From Alkalispirochaeta sp. (lineage in GTDB: Bacteria; Spirochaetota; Spirochaetia; DSM-27196; Alkalispirochaetaceae), in assembly GCA_965601925.1 (NCBI GenBank), contig OZ271854.1, positions 416,001 through 480,000 on the forward strand: a stretch of 64,000 nucleotides of DNA, written 5' to 3'. The translations under genes and the position numbers were made by a program. Below the pieces are notes generated by a model. That model ran no database searches, was not told where the DNA came from, and was given only the letters and a program-made list of their open reading frames with translations. Every line of letters starts with the position of its first letter. Position 1 is the stretch's first letter. Of this stretch, positions 30,899 to 41,140 are shown in pieces.

Positions 30899-31638
30899 CG
30901 AGCGCCTCCACGTTCTTGGCGCGCGTCAATCCCTTGACCCGCGCCGCCGTATCGGTCGCATACATCATCGTTGCGACCATCGGATCGAGTGCCGCGCTCT
31001 CGGCACTATGGCTCGTCACGGTGAGCGGGGCCACACTCGGTCTCACGACGATCTCGCCCCGCCGCCTTCTCATCCGGATGGTGCCGTTTGCCGTCGTCGG
31101 ACTCGGGTTCGTGTGGATGAATCTCTTCTTTCACCGTAGCGGTGACGTGGCGGTAGGGTTGCGCGCCGGCGGAGAGCTCATGCTGAGGGCCCTGGTATTC
31201 GGCGGCTTCTCGTTGTTTTTCGTTCTCGACATGGATCGGGAGACCTTCGCGCGCTCGCTGATACGGTTTCTCCACGCGCCGCCCCGCGTAGTGTACGCGG
31301 TCATGGTCGCCTTCCGTCTCCTGCCGATTCTTCGCACCGAGTTCGAGACGATTCGTCTCGCCATGCGGTTGCGCGGCATCCCTCGGACACGAGGCCTCGT
31401 CGATCGTGCGACGGCGCTCAAAACGGCGCTCTCCGCGCTATTCGTTGCGTCCATTCGTCGTGCGCAACGACTCGCCGTGGCGCTTGAGGCCCGTGGCCTG
31501 GACGACGGTCCGCGTACGTTCCTTACCTCGCCCCGATTCGGAAGTCGGGACGTGATATTCGCCGCGACGGCGTTGGCTTGCATGGGAATCTCACTGTGGT
31601 TGGTATCGTGGAAGCTCTGGAACGGACGTTTCGTATAA
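30895..31638 (+). CDS. ykoC: ECF transporter T component (YkoC-like)
   Basis: AMRLRG and ALEARG motifs. Confidence 0.85.
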   Translation: MTSASTFLARVNPLTRAAVSVAYIIVATIGSSAALSALWLVTVSGATLGLTTISPRRLLIRMVPFAVVGLGFVWMNLFFHRSGDVAVGLRAGGELMLRALVFGGFSLFFVLDMDRETFARSLIRFLHAPPRVVYAVMVAFRLLPILRTEFETIRLAMRLRGIPRTRGLVDRATALKTALSALFVASIRRAQRLAVALEARGLDDGPRTFLTSPRFGSRDVIFAATALACMGISLWLVSWKLWNGRFV

Positions 31639-31724
31639 GTATTGTCGGCCACGCAGCGGCGAGACTTGCTCGCCCGTACCGTTTCCTCTATGCTATGGAT
31701 GCGATCAAGATCGAGTGTATGTGA

Positions 31725-32798
31725 ATGAGTAGCGATACCGAAGACTTAATCAGACTCTCCTTTTTTACCGACATGGCACAATCGATCGCCTCGGCGATCA
31801 CGCTGGAAGAGACGCTCTCGGAGGTGATGCGCCACGTCGGCGGTATCTTCGCCCCTCGCAACTGGTCTCTCCTCCTTCGCGACGCAAAGACCGACGAGTT
31901 GGTATTCACACTGGTCACCGGCGGCGGCGAAGTCGACAAGCTCAGGGGACGTCGACTGGCTTCCGGGAAGGGGATCGCCGGATGGATCGCCGCACATCAA
32001 AGTCCGCTGGTCATCCCCGATGTAACCAAGGATCCGCGCTTCGATCCCTCGATGGATGCGATGACCAATTTCGTAACCAAGAGCATCATCGGTGTGCCGT
32101 TAGCCTCCCGCGGCCAGGTGTTCGGCGTGATCGAGCTGGTAAACAAGCTCAACGGCGAACCGTTTACCGCGCTCGATCTCAAGATACTCTCCACGATCGC
32201 CGATTTTGCGGCGACGGCGATAGAAAAGGCGTATTACTTGCGCGCCCTACGATCGATGGCGTTGGAGGACGATCTCACGGGCCTCGCCAATCGACGCGCC
32301 CTTTCACGCGCGATTGAACGTGAAACCGCCCGGGCGCGCAGAAGCGGCGTGACGGTGGCGCTGTTGATGGTGGATATCGACGACTTCAAGACGATCAATG
32401 ACACGCGCGGGCACGGTGCGGGAGACGAGGTACTCAAGCATCTCGCGACCATCCTTAAGCGCAATGTTCGCGAGATCGACGTCGTGTGTCGGTACGGCGG
32501 CGACGAGTTTGCGATTCTCATGCCCGATACGACGACCGAGGCGGCGTCGGAAATTCGAGGTCGGATACTCAAAATGCTTGCCGGGGGAACACCGAAACCG
32601 CCGGTGCCGTATCACATAAGCATCGGCGTTCACGCCGCGGGCCCGGACTCGATCGACTCTCTCTTTGAGCGCGCCGATCTCCACCTCTACCGCGAGAAGG
32701 ACCGCAAGCGCGAGGCCGACATCGAAAACGTAGGAACTCATATCGTCGAGTTTTTGGACGTCGGGAAGCGGTTCGGACGCGACGGCGGGCAGCGGTAG
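31725..32798 (+). CDS. GAF-GGDEF diguanylate cyclase
   Basis: GAF (GIAGW, DPRF, NK), DDLTGLANRR, intact RYGGDEF with RxxD (REID) inhibitory site. Confidence 0.94.
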   Translation: MSSDTEDLIRLSFFTDMAQSIASAITLEETLSEVMRHVGGIFAPRNWSLLLRDAKTDELVFTLVTGGGEVDKLRGRRLASGKGIAGWIAAHQSPLVIPDVTKDPRFDPSMDAMTNFVTKSIIGVPLASRGQVFGVIELVNKLNGEPFTALDLKILSTIADFAATAIEKAYYLRALRSMALEDDLTGLANRRALSRAIERETARARRSGVTVALLMVDIDDFKTINDTRGHGAGDEVLKHLATILKRNVREIDVVCRYGGDEFAILMPDTTTEAASEIRGRILKMLAGGTPKPPVPYHISIGVHAAGPDSIDSLFERADLHLYREKDRKREADIENVGTHIVEFLDVGKRFGRDGGQR

Positions 32799-32927
32799 TC
32801 GGTATCATATAGGTCCCGCCGTCGGAGAGACGGCGCCTACCCTTTCGTGCCGGAAGCGACTCGTCGGATCGGTGGGACCCCGCGCCGCCGCTTGGCCCTC
32901 GCAGGTGGTCCGGCGTACATTACACGC

Positions 32928-33635
32928 ATGCAAGGGACACTCGGAAAAGGGCAGACTCTTTCGGTCTACGACATCGGGACGGTTCCGTATCGCGAGGCTC
33001 TCGAGCTGCAACATACGCTGGTCGAGCGTCGCCAACGGGACGAGGTCGGTGACACCCTCCTCCTTTTGGAACACCCGCCGGTCATCACGATGGGACGGAG
33101 CGCGGTGGCCGATCACGTACTGGTACCCGAATCCGAAATTACGCGGGCCGGCGGTACCATCGAGTACATAGAGCGCGGCGGAGAGACGACCTATCATGGG
33201 CCGGGCCAACTCGTCGGCTACGCGATTCTCGACTTACGCGCCCATCTTCGGAGTCTCAAAAAGTTCGTCTACCTTCTGGAGGAGCTCTTCATTCGATATC
33301 TCCACCAGGAGTACGATATCACCGCCGGACGCGATCCCGACCATCGCGGAGTGTGGGTTGCCGACGAAAAGATCACCGCCCTCGGGATCGCGGTGCAACG
33401 ACGCGTGACCTTTCACGGCTTTGCCTTTAATGTAAATACGGACCTAAGCCACTTCGACTGGATCGTGCCGTGCGGCATCACCGATCGAAGCCAAACATCA
33501 CTCCGAGAGGTTACCGGTCGACGGCAGGAGATGGCTTCGGTCAAAGAGGGTGTTGCACGCGCCTTCGCAGATGTCTTCGGCTATCGGCCGGAACGTCCCG
33601 TCTCGGCGAGTCCGGGACGACTTCGCGTTGGATAG
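32928..33635 (+). CDS. lipB: lipoyl(octanoyl) transferase
   Basis: LEHPPVITMG, RGGETTYHGPGQ, HGFAFN, IVPCG. Confidence 0.96.
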   Translation: MQGTLGKGQTLSVYDIGTVPYREALELQHTLVERRQRDEVGDTLLLLEHPPVITMGRSAVADHVLVPESEITRAGGTIEYIERGGETTYHGPGQLVGYAILDLRAHLRSLKKFVYLLEELFIRYLHQEYDITAGRDPDHRGVWVADEKITALGIAVQRRVTFHGFAFNVNTDLSHFDWIVPCGITDRSQTSLREVTGRRQEMASVKEGVARAFADVFGYRPERPVSASPGRLRVG

Positions 33636-33643
33636 GAAGTCGC

Positions 33644-34054
33644 TCACTCGTCTACTACCGTTCGTACGACGGGAAGATCGGCACGGCGACTTCCCCGTGC
33701 CACCACGATTCCGATAGCGCAGCAGGCCGCCGCGACGGCCGCAATGATTCGCGCCGCCTCGTCGCCGCCCGCCGCAAATCTTCCAACCCCACCGAAGACG
33801 CCGACGCCGGCGACGAACGGTGTGACGAGCAATCGAACGAGCGCCCGCACGATCGAGCTCGGCGAGCTCTCGATCCGGACGCGGCATCCGGTCTCGATAC
33901 GCTTCGCGATTTCCGGAGCGACTCGCGCCGAGAGCGTTCGGAGTGAACGCGCGCAGTGGCCGCCGCGGCACGACTTGCACGACGGCGGAACCAGAGAGAC
34001 ACGTACGAGATCACGTTCGGCGTTGAGGTCGACAACGGTAACGATCTCAGCCAT
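33644..34054 (-). CDS. RseC/MucC-like (SoxR-reducing system) membrane protein
   Basis: CKSCRGGHC motif followed by two C-terminal TM helices. Confidence 0.65.
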   Translation of the reverse strand: MAEIVTVVDLNAERDLVRVSLVPPSCKSCRGGHCARSLRTLSARVAPEIAKRIETGCRVRIESSPSSIVRALVRLLVTPFVAGVGVFGGVGRFAAGGDEAARIIAAVAAACCAIGIVVARGSRRADLPVVRTVVDE

Positions 34055-35189
34055 CGACTTTGGACGCGTCCCGCCCCGTCCGGTGCGGGTCCTTCGACGC
34101 GTCGGTCTCCCCGGATCGTCCGTCCGGGCGCTCGTTATTACGCTTGTGGTTGCGTCGGTCGTGCTTTGCGGAGTCGCGACGGGAATCCTTCCGACCGCCG
34201 TTCCTTCCGCCGGAGCGTTCGTGAGCGCGTTGGCGCTCCTCGGGCGGCGGTGGAGGACACTCCTTCCGCAGCGCCTCAAATCCGACGACGTAGCCGCTCG
34301 CGAGATCGACGTCGAGAATCGCTCCCTGGAGCTCCAACGCATCCCAGCTCTCCTCCGACTTGATCGGGATGCGCGTCAGGTATTTCCGAATTTCGGGAGA
34401 AGTCGTCATACCGCCGACACTCTGCTGGCTTCCCGTTCGCCCGGCGTCGCAGATCACTGCGGTACCCGAAGGAAAGACTTGGGCGTCGGCGGTCTGTACA
34501 CGCTGCCCGCTTCCGATGACGGCGGTAGCCTTTCCGTCGGCGTGATGAAACATCGTATACTTCTCCGCGGTAGTCAGAGCGTGAAAATCGACGATGACCG
34601 CCACGCTGTCCTTGCTTAACCGTTCCAGCACGTTGTCGAAATAGGTATACGGATTTCCGGCGTGGATTCGCGCAAACCCCGACTGTCCAAGCAGGCTGAG
34701 AACCGAGATTTTAACGCCGGGTCTCTTGGTGTCGCCGTCCTTCGACGACGTCTGGTTCCGGTCCGTCCGTGGGTCGGAATCGGCGGCGCCTTGCTGCCCG
34801 TCGTCGGGTTCGTCGGCCTCGGCCGCGTCGTCGACAGGCCGACTCTCGGACAGCGCAGCCCACTCCGACGGCTCAACGGTATAGTGGCGCCACCCCCGCC
34901 CCGGCATGTCGGCCGGAAGGTTGGCGGGACGCAGCATATAAAAGGCGCGCTCGATATGCTCGGCCATATCTTTTTTCAGGAACGTCTGGTCGCCGCCGGT
35001 AATCACGTCGACCCCGAGCTTACGGAGATAGATCGAGTGGTTCTTACCGATACCGAACCCTCCCGTGACTCCGTCGCCATTGGCGATCACAAAGTCGATC
35101 CCCTTCTCCTGGCGAACGTCCGATAGAAGCGTCTTAATACAATAGAGCCCGGGCTTGCCTACAATCTCGGCGATGTACAGTATGCGCAT
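34047..35189 (-). CDS. YmdB-family metallophosphoesterase homolog with degenerate active site
   Basis: MRILYIAEIVGKPG, LRPAN, DFHA, VQTAD, DAGRTG; most metal ligands altered. Confidence 0.88.
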   Translation of the reverse strand: MRILYIAEIVGKPGLYCIKTLLSDVRQEKGIDFVIANGDGVTGGFGIGKNHSIYLRKLGVDVITGGDQTFLKKDMAEHIERAFYMLRPANLPADMPGRGWRHYTVEPSEWAALSESRPVDDAAEADEPDDGQQGAADSDPRTDRNQTSSKDGDTKRPGVKISVLSLLGQSGFARIHAGNPYTYFDNVLERLSKDSVAVIVDFHALTTAEKYTMFHHADGKATAVIGSGQRVQTADAQVFPSGTAVICDAGRTGSQQSVGGMTTSPEIRKYLTRIPIKSEESWDALELQGAILDVDLASGYVVGFEALRKECPPPPPEERQRAHERSGGRNGGRKDSRRDSAKHDRRNHKRNNERPDGRSGETDASKDPHRTGRDASKVDG

Positions 35190-35343
35190 GTGCGGACATG
35201 GTACCTGCGACGACGGGCTAACACAATCCCGCCCTCGATGTGTTATATTATCGTCAGGTGCCACATGGACCAAGGCTGCCGATCGAAGGATGACAGCCGC
35301 GCGCTGCCGTACGGAGCGCACATACCGACACAGGAGGTGTAGT

Positions 35344-35838
35344 ATGCACAACCGAGACTCTCTGGATCTCGGGCGTCTGCTCGACCAAATTTTTCAAGCG
35401 ACGGAACGGTTTACCAACTCGTTCGGTGACTTCGGTTTCGAGTTTCAAAAACACGCCGATCACCGTAACTATTACTCGTTCTATCCCTTCCCCCCGGCCA
35501 ACATTTACATGTTGCCGGACAAGACGATGATCTTCGAGTTTGCCCTTGCCGGGTATCGGGACACCGACATCTCGTTGGAGTTTCAAGGTGAGTACATGGT
35601 GCTCTCCGCAAACGCCCCGGAGCAATCGATCGAGGGTGAAGAGGTGATCTTCTTTAACCGTCGACTCAAGTTCAAGACGATTCCCGACCAAAAGTACTTC
35701 GTACCTGAGGACAAGTTCGATCGCGAGTCCGCTACGGCCGTCTTCAAGAACGGTATCTTGAAGGTTACCATTCCTCCGCGGGACGAGGTCAAAAACGCAG
35801 CGGGCGTGAAGATCAAGATCGTCAACGAGGACGAGTAA
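35344..35838 (+). CDS. Hsp20/alpha-crystallin small heat-shock protein
   Basis: FPPANIY, FALAGY, AVFKNGILKVTIP, IKI tail; AGGAGG RBS. Confidence 0.9.
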   Translation: MHNRDSLDLGRLLDQIFQATERFTNSFGDFGFEFQKHADHRNYYSFYPFPPANIYMLPDKTMIFEFALAGYRDTDISLEFQGEYMVLSANAPEQSIEGEEVIFFNRRLKFKTIPDQKYFVPEDKFDRESATAVFKNGILKVTIPPRDEVKNAAGVKIKIVNEDE

Positions 35839-35898
35839 CGGCGAAACGCGCGGCTCGTGGGCGGGTCGCGCCGGGAGAGAATAGAGAAGGAGCGCAAT

Positions 35899-36012
35899 AT
35901 GCTTTTATGGATCATAGTCGGTGTCGCAATCGGATACTTCTTCAAGCCCCAGATCGATCGAGTAGTGTATCGAGTCATTCGGGCGATCCGCGACAACCGT
36001 CGTAATAACTAA
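35899..36012 (+). CDS. 37-aa single-pass membrane microprotein (absent from ORF track)
   Basis: AAGGAG RBS; MLLWIIVGVAIGYFFKPQIDRVVYRVIRAIRDNRRNN; terminator follows. Confidence 0.75.
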   Translation: MLLWIIVGVAIGYFFKPQIDRVVYRVIRAIRDNRRNN

Positions 36013-36040
36013 CCGTAGTATCTACATGGTGGTGCCCACC

Positions 36041-36073
36041 GAGCCCGCAAGTATCGCTTGCGGGCTTTTTTTG
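36041..36073 (+). terminator. intrinsic terminator
   Basis: AGCCCGCAAG-tatcg-CTTGCGGGCT followed by a T-run. Confidence 0.88.
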
Positions 36074-36142
36074 TACAGCGAGAGGGAGACGCGAACGATA
36101 GTAGCTACGGGCCGTTCGGTCCCGACGCGCTGAGTGCCGCGA

Positions 36143-37084
36143 CTACCACTGGACCGTGACGCGAAAGCCGCTGTGACGCCGCACGTTGACGACCGCGCCA
36201 CCGTCCAAAATAAGGTACTGTCCACGAATGCCGACCAAGGTACTCTCCACGACGGGACTCTTCTGAAGATTGACCGACTTCACCTTGGCGGGCGCGACCG
36301 GAAGTGGATACGCCAAAGCCAGCGGTTCGAGCTCGGCGGGCGCGAGAAGATACCGGGACAGCTCCTCGCCGTCGGGAAGGGTCGCAAAATGGTCGCGAAT
36401 CCGGGCACTCTCGCGGTCGAGATCGATATCGGCGGTGAGCTCTCCTTTTAACATGCGTTGCCAGGCGGTACGATCGGTGTAGAGCTCTTTGAGTGCCACC
36501 TCTATGCGCCCGGCGAGTTGGCGATAGGGAACGCCGGCGATCCGCACCGCCCAGGCGGCGCCTTGATCGATCCAGCGCGTGGGAACCTGCGTCATCCGCG
36601 TTACGCCGACCTTCAGTGCGCTCGTGGCCGCCAAGTAGACCGCGTGGGGCTGATTGTGATGCGCCTCCTCCCACTGCGGATCGCGGCCGCGCCCCAGGTG
36701 CGCTTCGCACAGCTCCGGCCTGACGATACACTCCGCCGCCTCGGGAGCCGAAGCAAAACAGGGATAGCAGAACCCCTCGCCGAAGAGCTTGGCGACACTA
36801 CGCCCGCACCGTATGCAGGTATACTCGCCGGTCCGCTCGATCCGAATCGCCTTCCCGACCAGACGGTCGAGATCGATCTCGGTGACGTCCGCCGGATCTT
36901 CTCCGGCGGCGGGTCGCGGCTCCTCCAGACGCAGGCGATAATGTACCGGCACGATCGAAATGGGGCGGTTCCCGACGGTCAACGCGCGAGCGAGATTCGT
37001 CGCAGCCGCCATGTCCTTGTCGGGCGTCTCGGTCGCCTCTCCGACGGCGGTCGGCATCTTTACCAGGATACCCTCTCTATTCAC
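36143..37084 (-). CDS. DUF2797-like Cys-rich (putative zinc-binding) protein
   Basis: CIRCG, GFCYPCF, CIVRPELC, KVGVTR, TRWIDQGA, GIRGQYL; start placed at GTG. Confidence 0.8.
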   Translation of the reverse strand: MNREGILVKMPTAVGEATETPDKDMAAATNLARALTVGNRPISIVPVHYRLRLEEPRPAAGEDPADVTEIDLDRLVGKAIRIERTGEYTCIRCGRSVAKLFGEGFCYPCFASAPEAAECIVRPELCEAHLGRGRDPQWEEAHHNQPHAVYLAATSALKVGVTRMTQVPTRWIDQGAAWAVRIAGVPYRQLAGRIEVALKELYTDRTAWQRMLKGELTADIDLDRESARIRDHFATLPDGEELSRYLLAPAELEPLALAYPLPVAPAKVKSVNLQKSPVVESTLVGIRGQYLILDGGAVVNVRRHSGFRVTVQW

Positions 37085-37164
37085 GCCCCCATCGTAGCCG
37101 GACCGACGGAGTCGTGTCACCACGGGCAAGGTACGGAGGCGGAGGCGCCACCTTTGAGAGCGCG

Positions 37165-37355
37165 CCGACTCAGTTCAATCGACATACCCGGTGTACGATG
37201 TTCGGACATTTAGCCGACTCCGGACAGCGGACCGTAGGCAGACATAGACCTGTTGATTCTCTCGATAGGGGATGCGATCGTTTGCCACACGAACGTTTGG
37301 TGATAACGGGACCGGTAGGTCGCGCAATCGGACCGAAAAGCCGCTTGTCGTACAG
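37165..37355 (+). pseudogene. cas2: decayed cas2 remnant preceding the array 1 leader
   Basis: Ungapped similarity to the window's own Cas2 (FGHLADSGQRT..DSLDRGCDRL vs [21 protein letters not shown]), then frameshifts; ends where the leader starts. Confidence 0.7.
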
Positions 37356-37533
37356 GCGCGAACCCCAAGCGCACACGGAAAAACCGGCACGTTCGCGATG
37401 ACAATAAATATTTACTGTACAATATTTTATGGGTACGATGGTTTTGTAAGAGATCAAAAATTATCGCATAGAGTCGGCTATCGCATATCAAGCGAACTAA
37501 AGTGCTGTAAGGTATTAACTTATCAGTCGAACG
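37356..37533 (+). promoter_or_regulatory. CRISPR leader 1
   Basis: AT-rich; begins GCGCGAACCC.AAGC...GTTCGCGATGA like leader 2; near-identical length. Confidence 0.85.
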
Positions 37534-38692
37534 GTCGCTCCTCACGCGGGAGCGTGGATTGAAACTGCAGTTCAGCCCTTGCTTTGCCGAAACGCTGGGT
37601 CGCTCCTCACGCGGGAGCGTGGATTGAAACTACTCCGACGATGACTCCTACGAGCGCTATATCAGGTCGCTCCTCACGCGGGAGCGTGGATTGAAACACC
37701 GTGTATCACGGCTACTTCCTCCCAACCCGCAGGTCGCTCCTCACGCGGGAGCGTGGATTGAAACTGGTACGTGAGATAGAGGAGCTCCTGCCTGTTGTGT
37801 CGCTCCTCACGCGGGAGCGTGGATTGAAACTTGCCCTCGGAGATGCTGGGCACGTTCCATGCGGGTCGCTCCTCACGCGGGAGCGTGGATTGAAACTCGT
37901 TGGGGCGCGACGGAACGGACTGGAAGAGCGTGTCGCTCCTCACGCGGGAGCGTGGATTGAAACACGGGCGGGGGTCTGCAGGCCCTCGAAAACGCGGGTC
38001 GCTCCTCACGCGGGAGCGTGGATTGAAACGTACCATGCGAAGTTGTGGTGGTTGTGGACCTCATGTCGCTCCTCGCGCGGGAGCGTGGATTGAAACTTTG
38101 TCGCATCACGGTCGTGACAGACGTTGTGACAGACGTCGCTCCTCACGCGGGAGCGTGGATTGAAACTCGAGGGAACGCGCCGGCGCCTTGCCGCGATGGG
38201 TCGCTCCTCACGCGGGAGCGTGGATTGAAACACCCATATCACACGTCAAAATTTTGCTGTATGACGTCGCTCCTCGCGCGGGAGCGTGGATTGAAACTAC
38301 GCGACGCAAGGCATGCGCCAAGCACTCGGGGGTCGCTCCTCACGCGGGAGCGTGGATTGAAACAACGAAGTGTCTGAGGAAGACTGGAAACGCGCCGGTC
38401 GCTCCCCATGCGGGGGCGTGGATTGAAACCGGGTAGCCGGCAAAAAGCGTCTCTCTCGTCGCGTCGCTCCCCATGCGGGGGCGTGGATTGAAACCGGATC
38501 AGCTGTGACGCGCCGACACCGGTAATGAGTCGCTCCTCATGCGGGAGCGTGGATTGAAACAAAAACGACTCGGTCGCATCCAGGGTGCCGCCCCGTCGCT
38601 CCCCATGCGGGGGCGTGGATTGAGACCTGTCCCACTCCAACGCCTCGCTCACGATCACGAGTCGCTCCTCACACAAGAGCATAGGTCGAAAC
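37534..38692 (+). CRISPR. type I-C CRISPR array 1: 18 repeats (last degenerate), 17 spacers
   Basis: 32-bp repeat GTCGCTCCTCACGCGGGAGCGTGGATTGAAAC; 33-38 bp spacers; variants toward the trailer. Confidence 0.98.
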
Positions 38693-38812
38693 GTGTAACA
38701 CGGCGACCCGGTTACACCGATGTGGTGGGATTTTCCATGAATACAGACGATAAGCACGCCCTTCGTTGACAACGATCGATAGTGGCAAAATACTCATGAC
38801 GTAGAGCGAACT

Positions 38813-41038
38813 ATGCAGTACTACGCCCATAGCCTTCCGGATACGCCTCCCTCGGAGTGGCAGCCGTTAGAGGATCATCTCTACGCCGTCGCCGACAAGG
38901 CGCGGGAGTTCGCCGAAGGCTTCGGGTTCGGCGATTGGGCGTATCTTGCCGGGTTGTGGCATGACCTCGGGAAGTACTCGCTGGACTTTCAGCAGAAAGT
39001 GTTGGGAAGCAATTCCGAAGGCTATCGCGACGGACACGTCGCCGAGAAACGGGGACGTGTCGACCATTCGAGTGCGGGAGCGCAGTGGGCCGACGCCCAA
39101 GAGACGTGGCATGTGGCAAGCCGCTTCATCAGCTACGCAATCGCAGGCCACCACGCGGGTCTTCCTGACTACGAGTCGGACAACAACGCCTGTCTTATTG
39201 AGAGACTCAAAAAACGGATACCGGCCACGGCGCCCCCAATAGAGATCGCCTCACCGCCGTACGCCGCCTCGCCCTCCTTACCGGCTTGGAATGAGACCGG
39301 TAAGGAGGGCTACTTTTCATTCTCCTTTGCGATCCGCATGATTTTCTCGTGCCTTGTTGACGCCGATTGTCTCGACACCGAGTCATTCTGCGACCGTGAA
39401 AAGCATTCGATACGAAATGGATTTCCTTCCGCCGTCGAGCTGAAAGACGCTCTGGAACGCAGGCTTGCCAAGTTTGATACGGCAGAGAAAACGACCGTGA
39501 ACAAAGTACGACAGGCCGTCTCGTCGGCGTGTCGTCTCGGTGCGAAGATGGAACCGGGCTTCTTCTCTCTAACCGTGCCGACCGGCGGCGGCAAGACCCT
39601 TGCGTCAATGCGATTCGCGCTCCACCACGCCCTCAAGTATGAGAAACGACGGGTGATATACGCAATTCCCTACACCAGCATCATCGAGCAGACCGTCGGC
39701 GTGTTCCGAGACGTATTCGGCGAAGAGGTCGTAGTCGAGCACCACAGTCGCGTCGAGGCCAATGATGCGCACGAGACGACGCGTACGCGTCTCGCAGTGG
39801 AGAACTGGGAGGCGCCGGTCGTCGTTACGACGAACGTGCAGTTTTTTGAATCGTTATTCGCCGATAGAACGTCGCGGTGCCGCAAGCTGCACAACATCGC
39901 CGGGAGCGTAATTATCCTGGACGAGGCGCAGATGCTGCCGATTAGCCTCTTGATCCCGACGCTCGCCGCGCTCAAAGAGCTCGTAGCACACTACGGCTGC
40001 AGTGTCGTCTTATGCACCGCGACGCAGCCGGCATTAGTCGCCGGTGATCATTTACCGCGCGGTTTGCAGAACGTCCGCGAGATCATACCGGAGCCCCGTG
40101 TCCACTTTAATGCACTCAAGCGGGTTCGGATACACGCGATCGGCCGGATCGATTGGGTTGAACTCACCGATCGCCTCGCCGGACATGACCACGTCCTCTG
40201 CATCGTCAACTCGCGACGGGACGCCCAAGAAATCTACGCTGCCCTTCTCCACAAGACTGAGCGCCGGGCCTGCTTTTATCTCACCACGTACCTGTGTCCC
40301 AAGCACCGAGACGCCGTGTTTGAAGAGATAAAACGTCGCCTCAGGGACGGGGAGCCGTGTCGTATTGTGAGCACGCAGCTCATCGAGGCGGGCGTCGACA
40401 TCGACCTCCCGGTAGTCTTTCGTGCCGTTGCCGGTATCGACAGCATCCTGCAGGCCGCGGGGCGCTGCAACCGCCACGGTACCCCGGGTCGCCTCGGCGA
40501 GGTGTTTGTCTTTGAGGGAGAGCGCCCGGCGCCCCAGGGACTTCTCAGACAAACGGCGCGCATCGGTGCAGAGTTCCTCGGCGAGGAGAACGACATTACC
40601 GAGTTCGACGCGATTACGCGGTACTTTGCGCGGCTCTATCAATACCAGGACGCTAACCTCGATGCGCGGGACCTTATGAAGCTTTTAGAACACGACGGCG
40701 CCCAGTCTCTCAGGTTTCAGTTTCGCGAGATCGCAGAACGTTACAAGCTGATCACGAGTGAAGATGTACCGATTGTGATTCGGTACGATAAAAAGGCGGA
40801 AGAACTCATACAGACACTACGGTACGCTCCGTCGCCGCGTGCGATTGTGCGACTGCTGCAGCCGTACATCGTTACGGTCCCGCAGAATGTAGCTCGGACG
40901 CTCGCACAACGGGGTGATGTATACTTGGTAGCCGATCTGATCTATGTGCTGGAGCGCAAAGACTTATACGAGAAGGACGGAGCCGGTTTTGTGATGCGCG
41001 AGTTCGCCGATATGGAACCGGCGGGGCTCACGTGGTAG
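38813..41038 (+). CDS. cas3: Cas3 HD nuclease-helicase
   Basis: HDLGK, GHHAGL, VDAD, VPTGGGKT, DEAQ, QAAGRCNR. Confidence 0.97.
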   Translation: MQYYAHSLPDTPPSEWQPLEDHLYAVADKAREFAEGFGFGDWAYLAGLWHDLGKYSLDFQQKVLGSNSEGYRDGHVAEKRGRVDHSSAGAQWADAQETWHVASRFISYAIAGHHAGLPDYESDNNACLIERLKKRIPATAPPIEIASPPYAASPSLPAWNETGKEGYFSFSFAIRMIFSCLVDADCLDTESFCDREKHSIRNGFPSAVELKDALERRLAKFDTAEKTTVNKVRQAVSSACRLGAKMEPGFFSLTVPTGGGKTLASMRFALHHALKYEKRRVIYAIPYTSIIEQTVGVFRDVFGEEVVVEHHSRVEANDAHETTRTRLAVENWEAPVVVTTNVQFFESLFADRTSRCRKLHNIAGSVIILDEAQMLPISLLIPTLAALKELVAHYGCSVVLCTATQPALVAGDHLPRGLQNVREIIPEPRVHFNALKRVRIHAIGRIDWVELTDRLAGHDHVLCIVNSRRDAQEIYAALLHKTERRACFYLTTYLCPKHRDAVFEEIKRRLRDGEPCRIVSTQLIEAGVDIDLPVVFRAVAGIDSILQAAGRCNRHGTPGRLGEVFVFEGERPAPQGLLRQTARIGAEFLGEENDITEFDAITRYFARLYQYQDANLDARDLMKLLEHDGAQSLRFQFREIAERYKLITSEDVPIVIRYDKKAEELIQTLRYAPSPRAIVRLLQPYIVTVPQNVARTLAQRGDVYLVADLIYVLERKDLYEKDGAGFVMREFADMEPAGLTW

Positions 41039-41140
41039 CCGATAGGGCACCGGTATAGACGGAGTCACGGGAATCCCGCTCTTCTCGGAGCAGGCTCCTG
41101 TTCACTTGATCACTGTTTATACATTGTATATCCTCATCGT

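Noticed and set aside
38097..38134. Long 38-bp spacer containing GTGACAGAC twice
   Set aside because: Probably reflects a repetitive protospacer or slippage; no further support
38627..38660. Last spacer of array 1 resembles pyrG at about 14532-14548 (16/17 nt)
   Set aside because: The match covers only half the spacer, misses the PAM-proximal bases and has no TTC PAM; treated as chance
37674..38772. ORFs across CRISPR array 1 (and likewise 47763-48939 across array 2)
   Set aside because: Products of translating repeats; not genes
38795..38826. Possible second target of the mini-array spacer at the cas3 promoter/start
   Set aside because: The TTC-flanked site mismatches at seed positions 2-3, and the GTACTAC match in cas3 lacks the PAM
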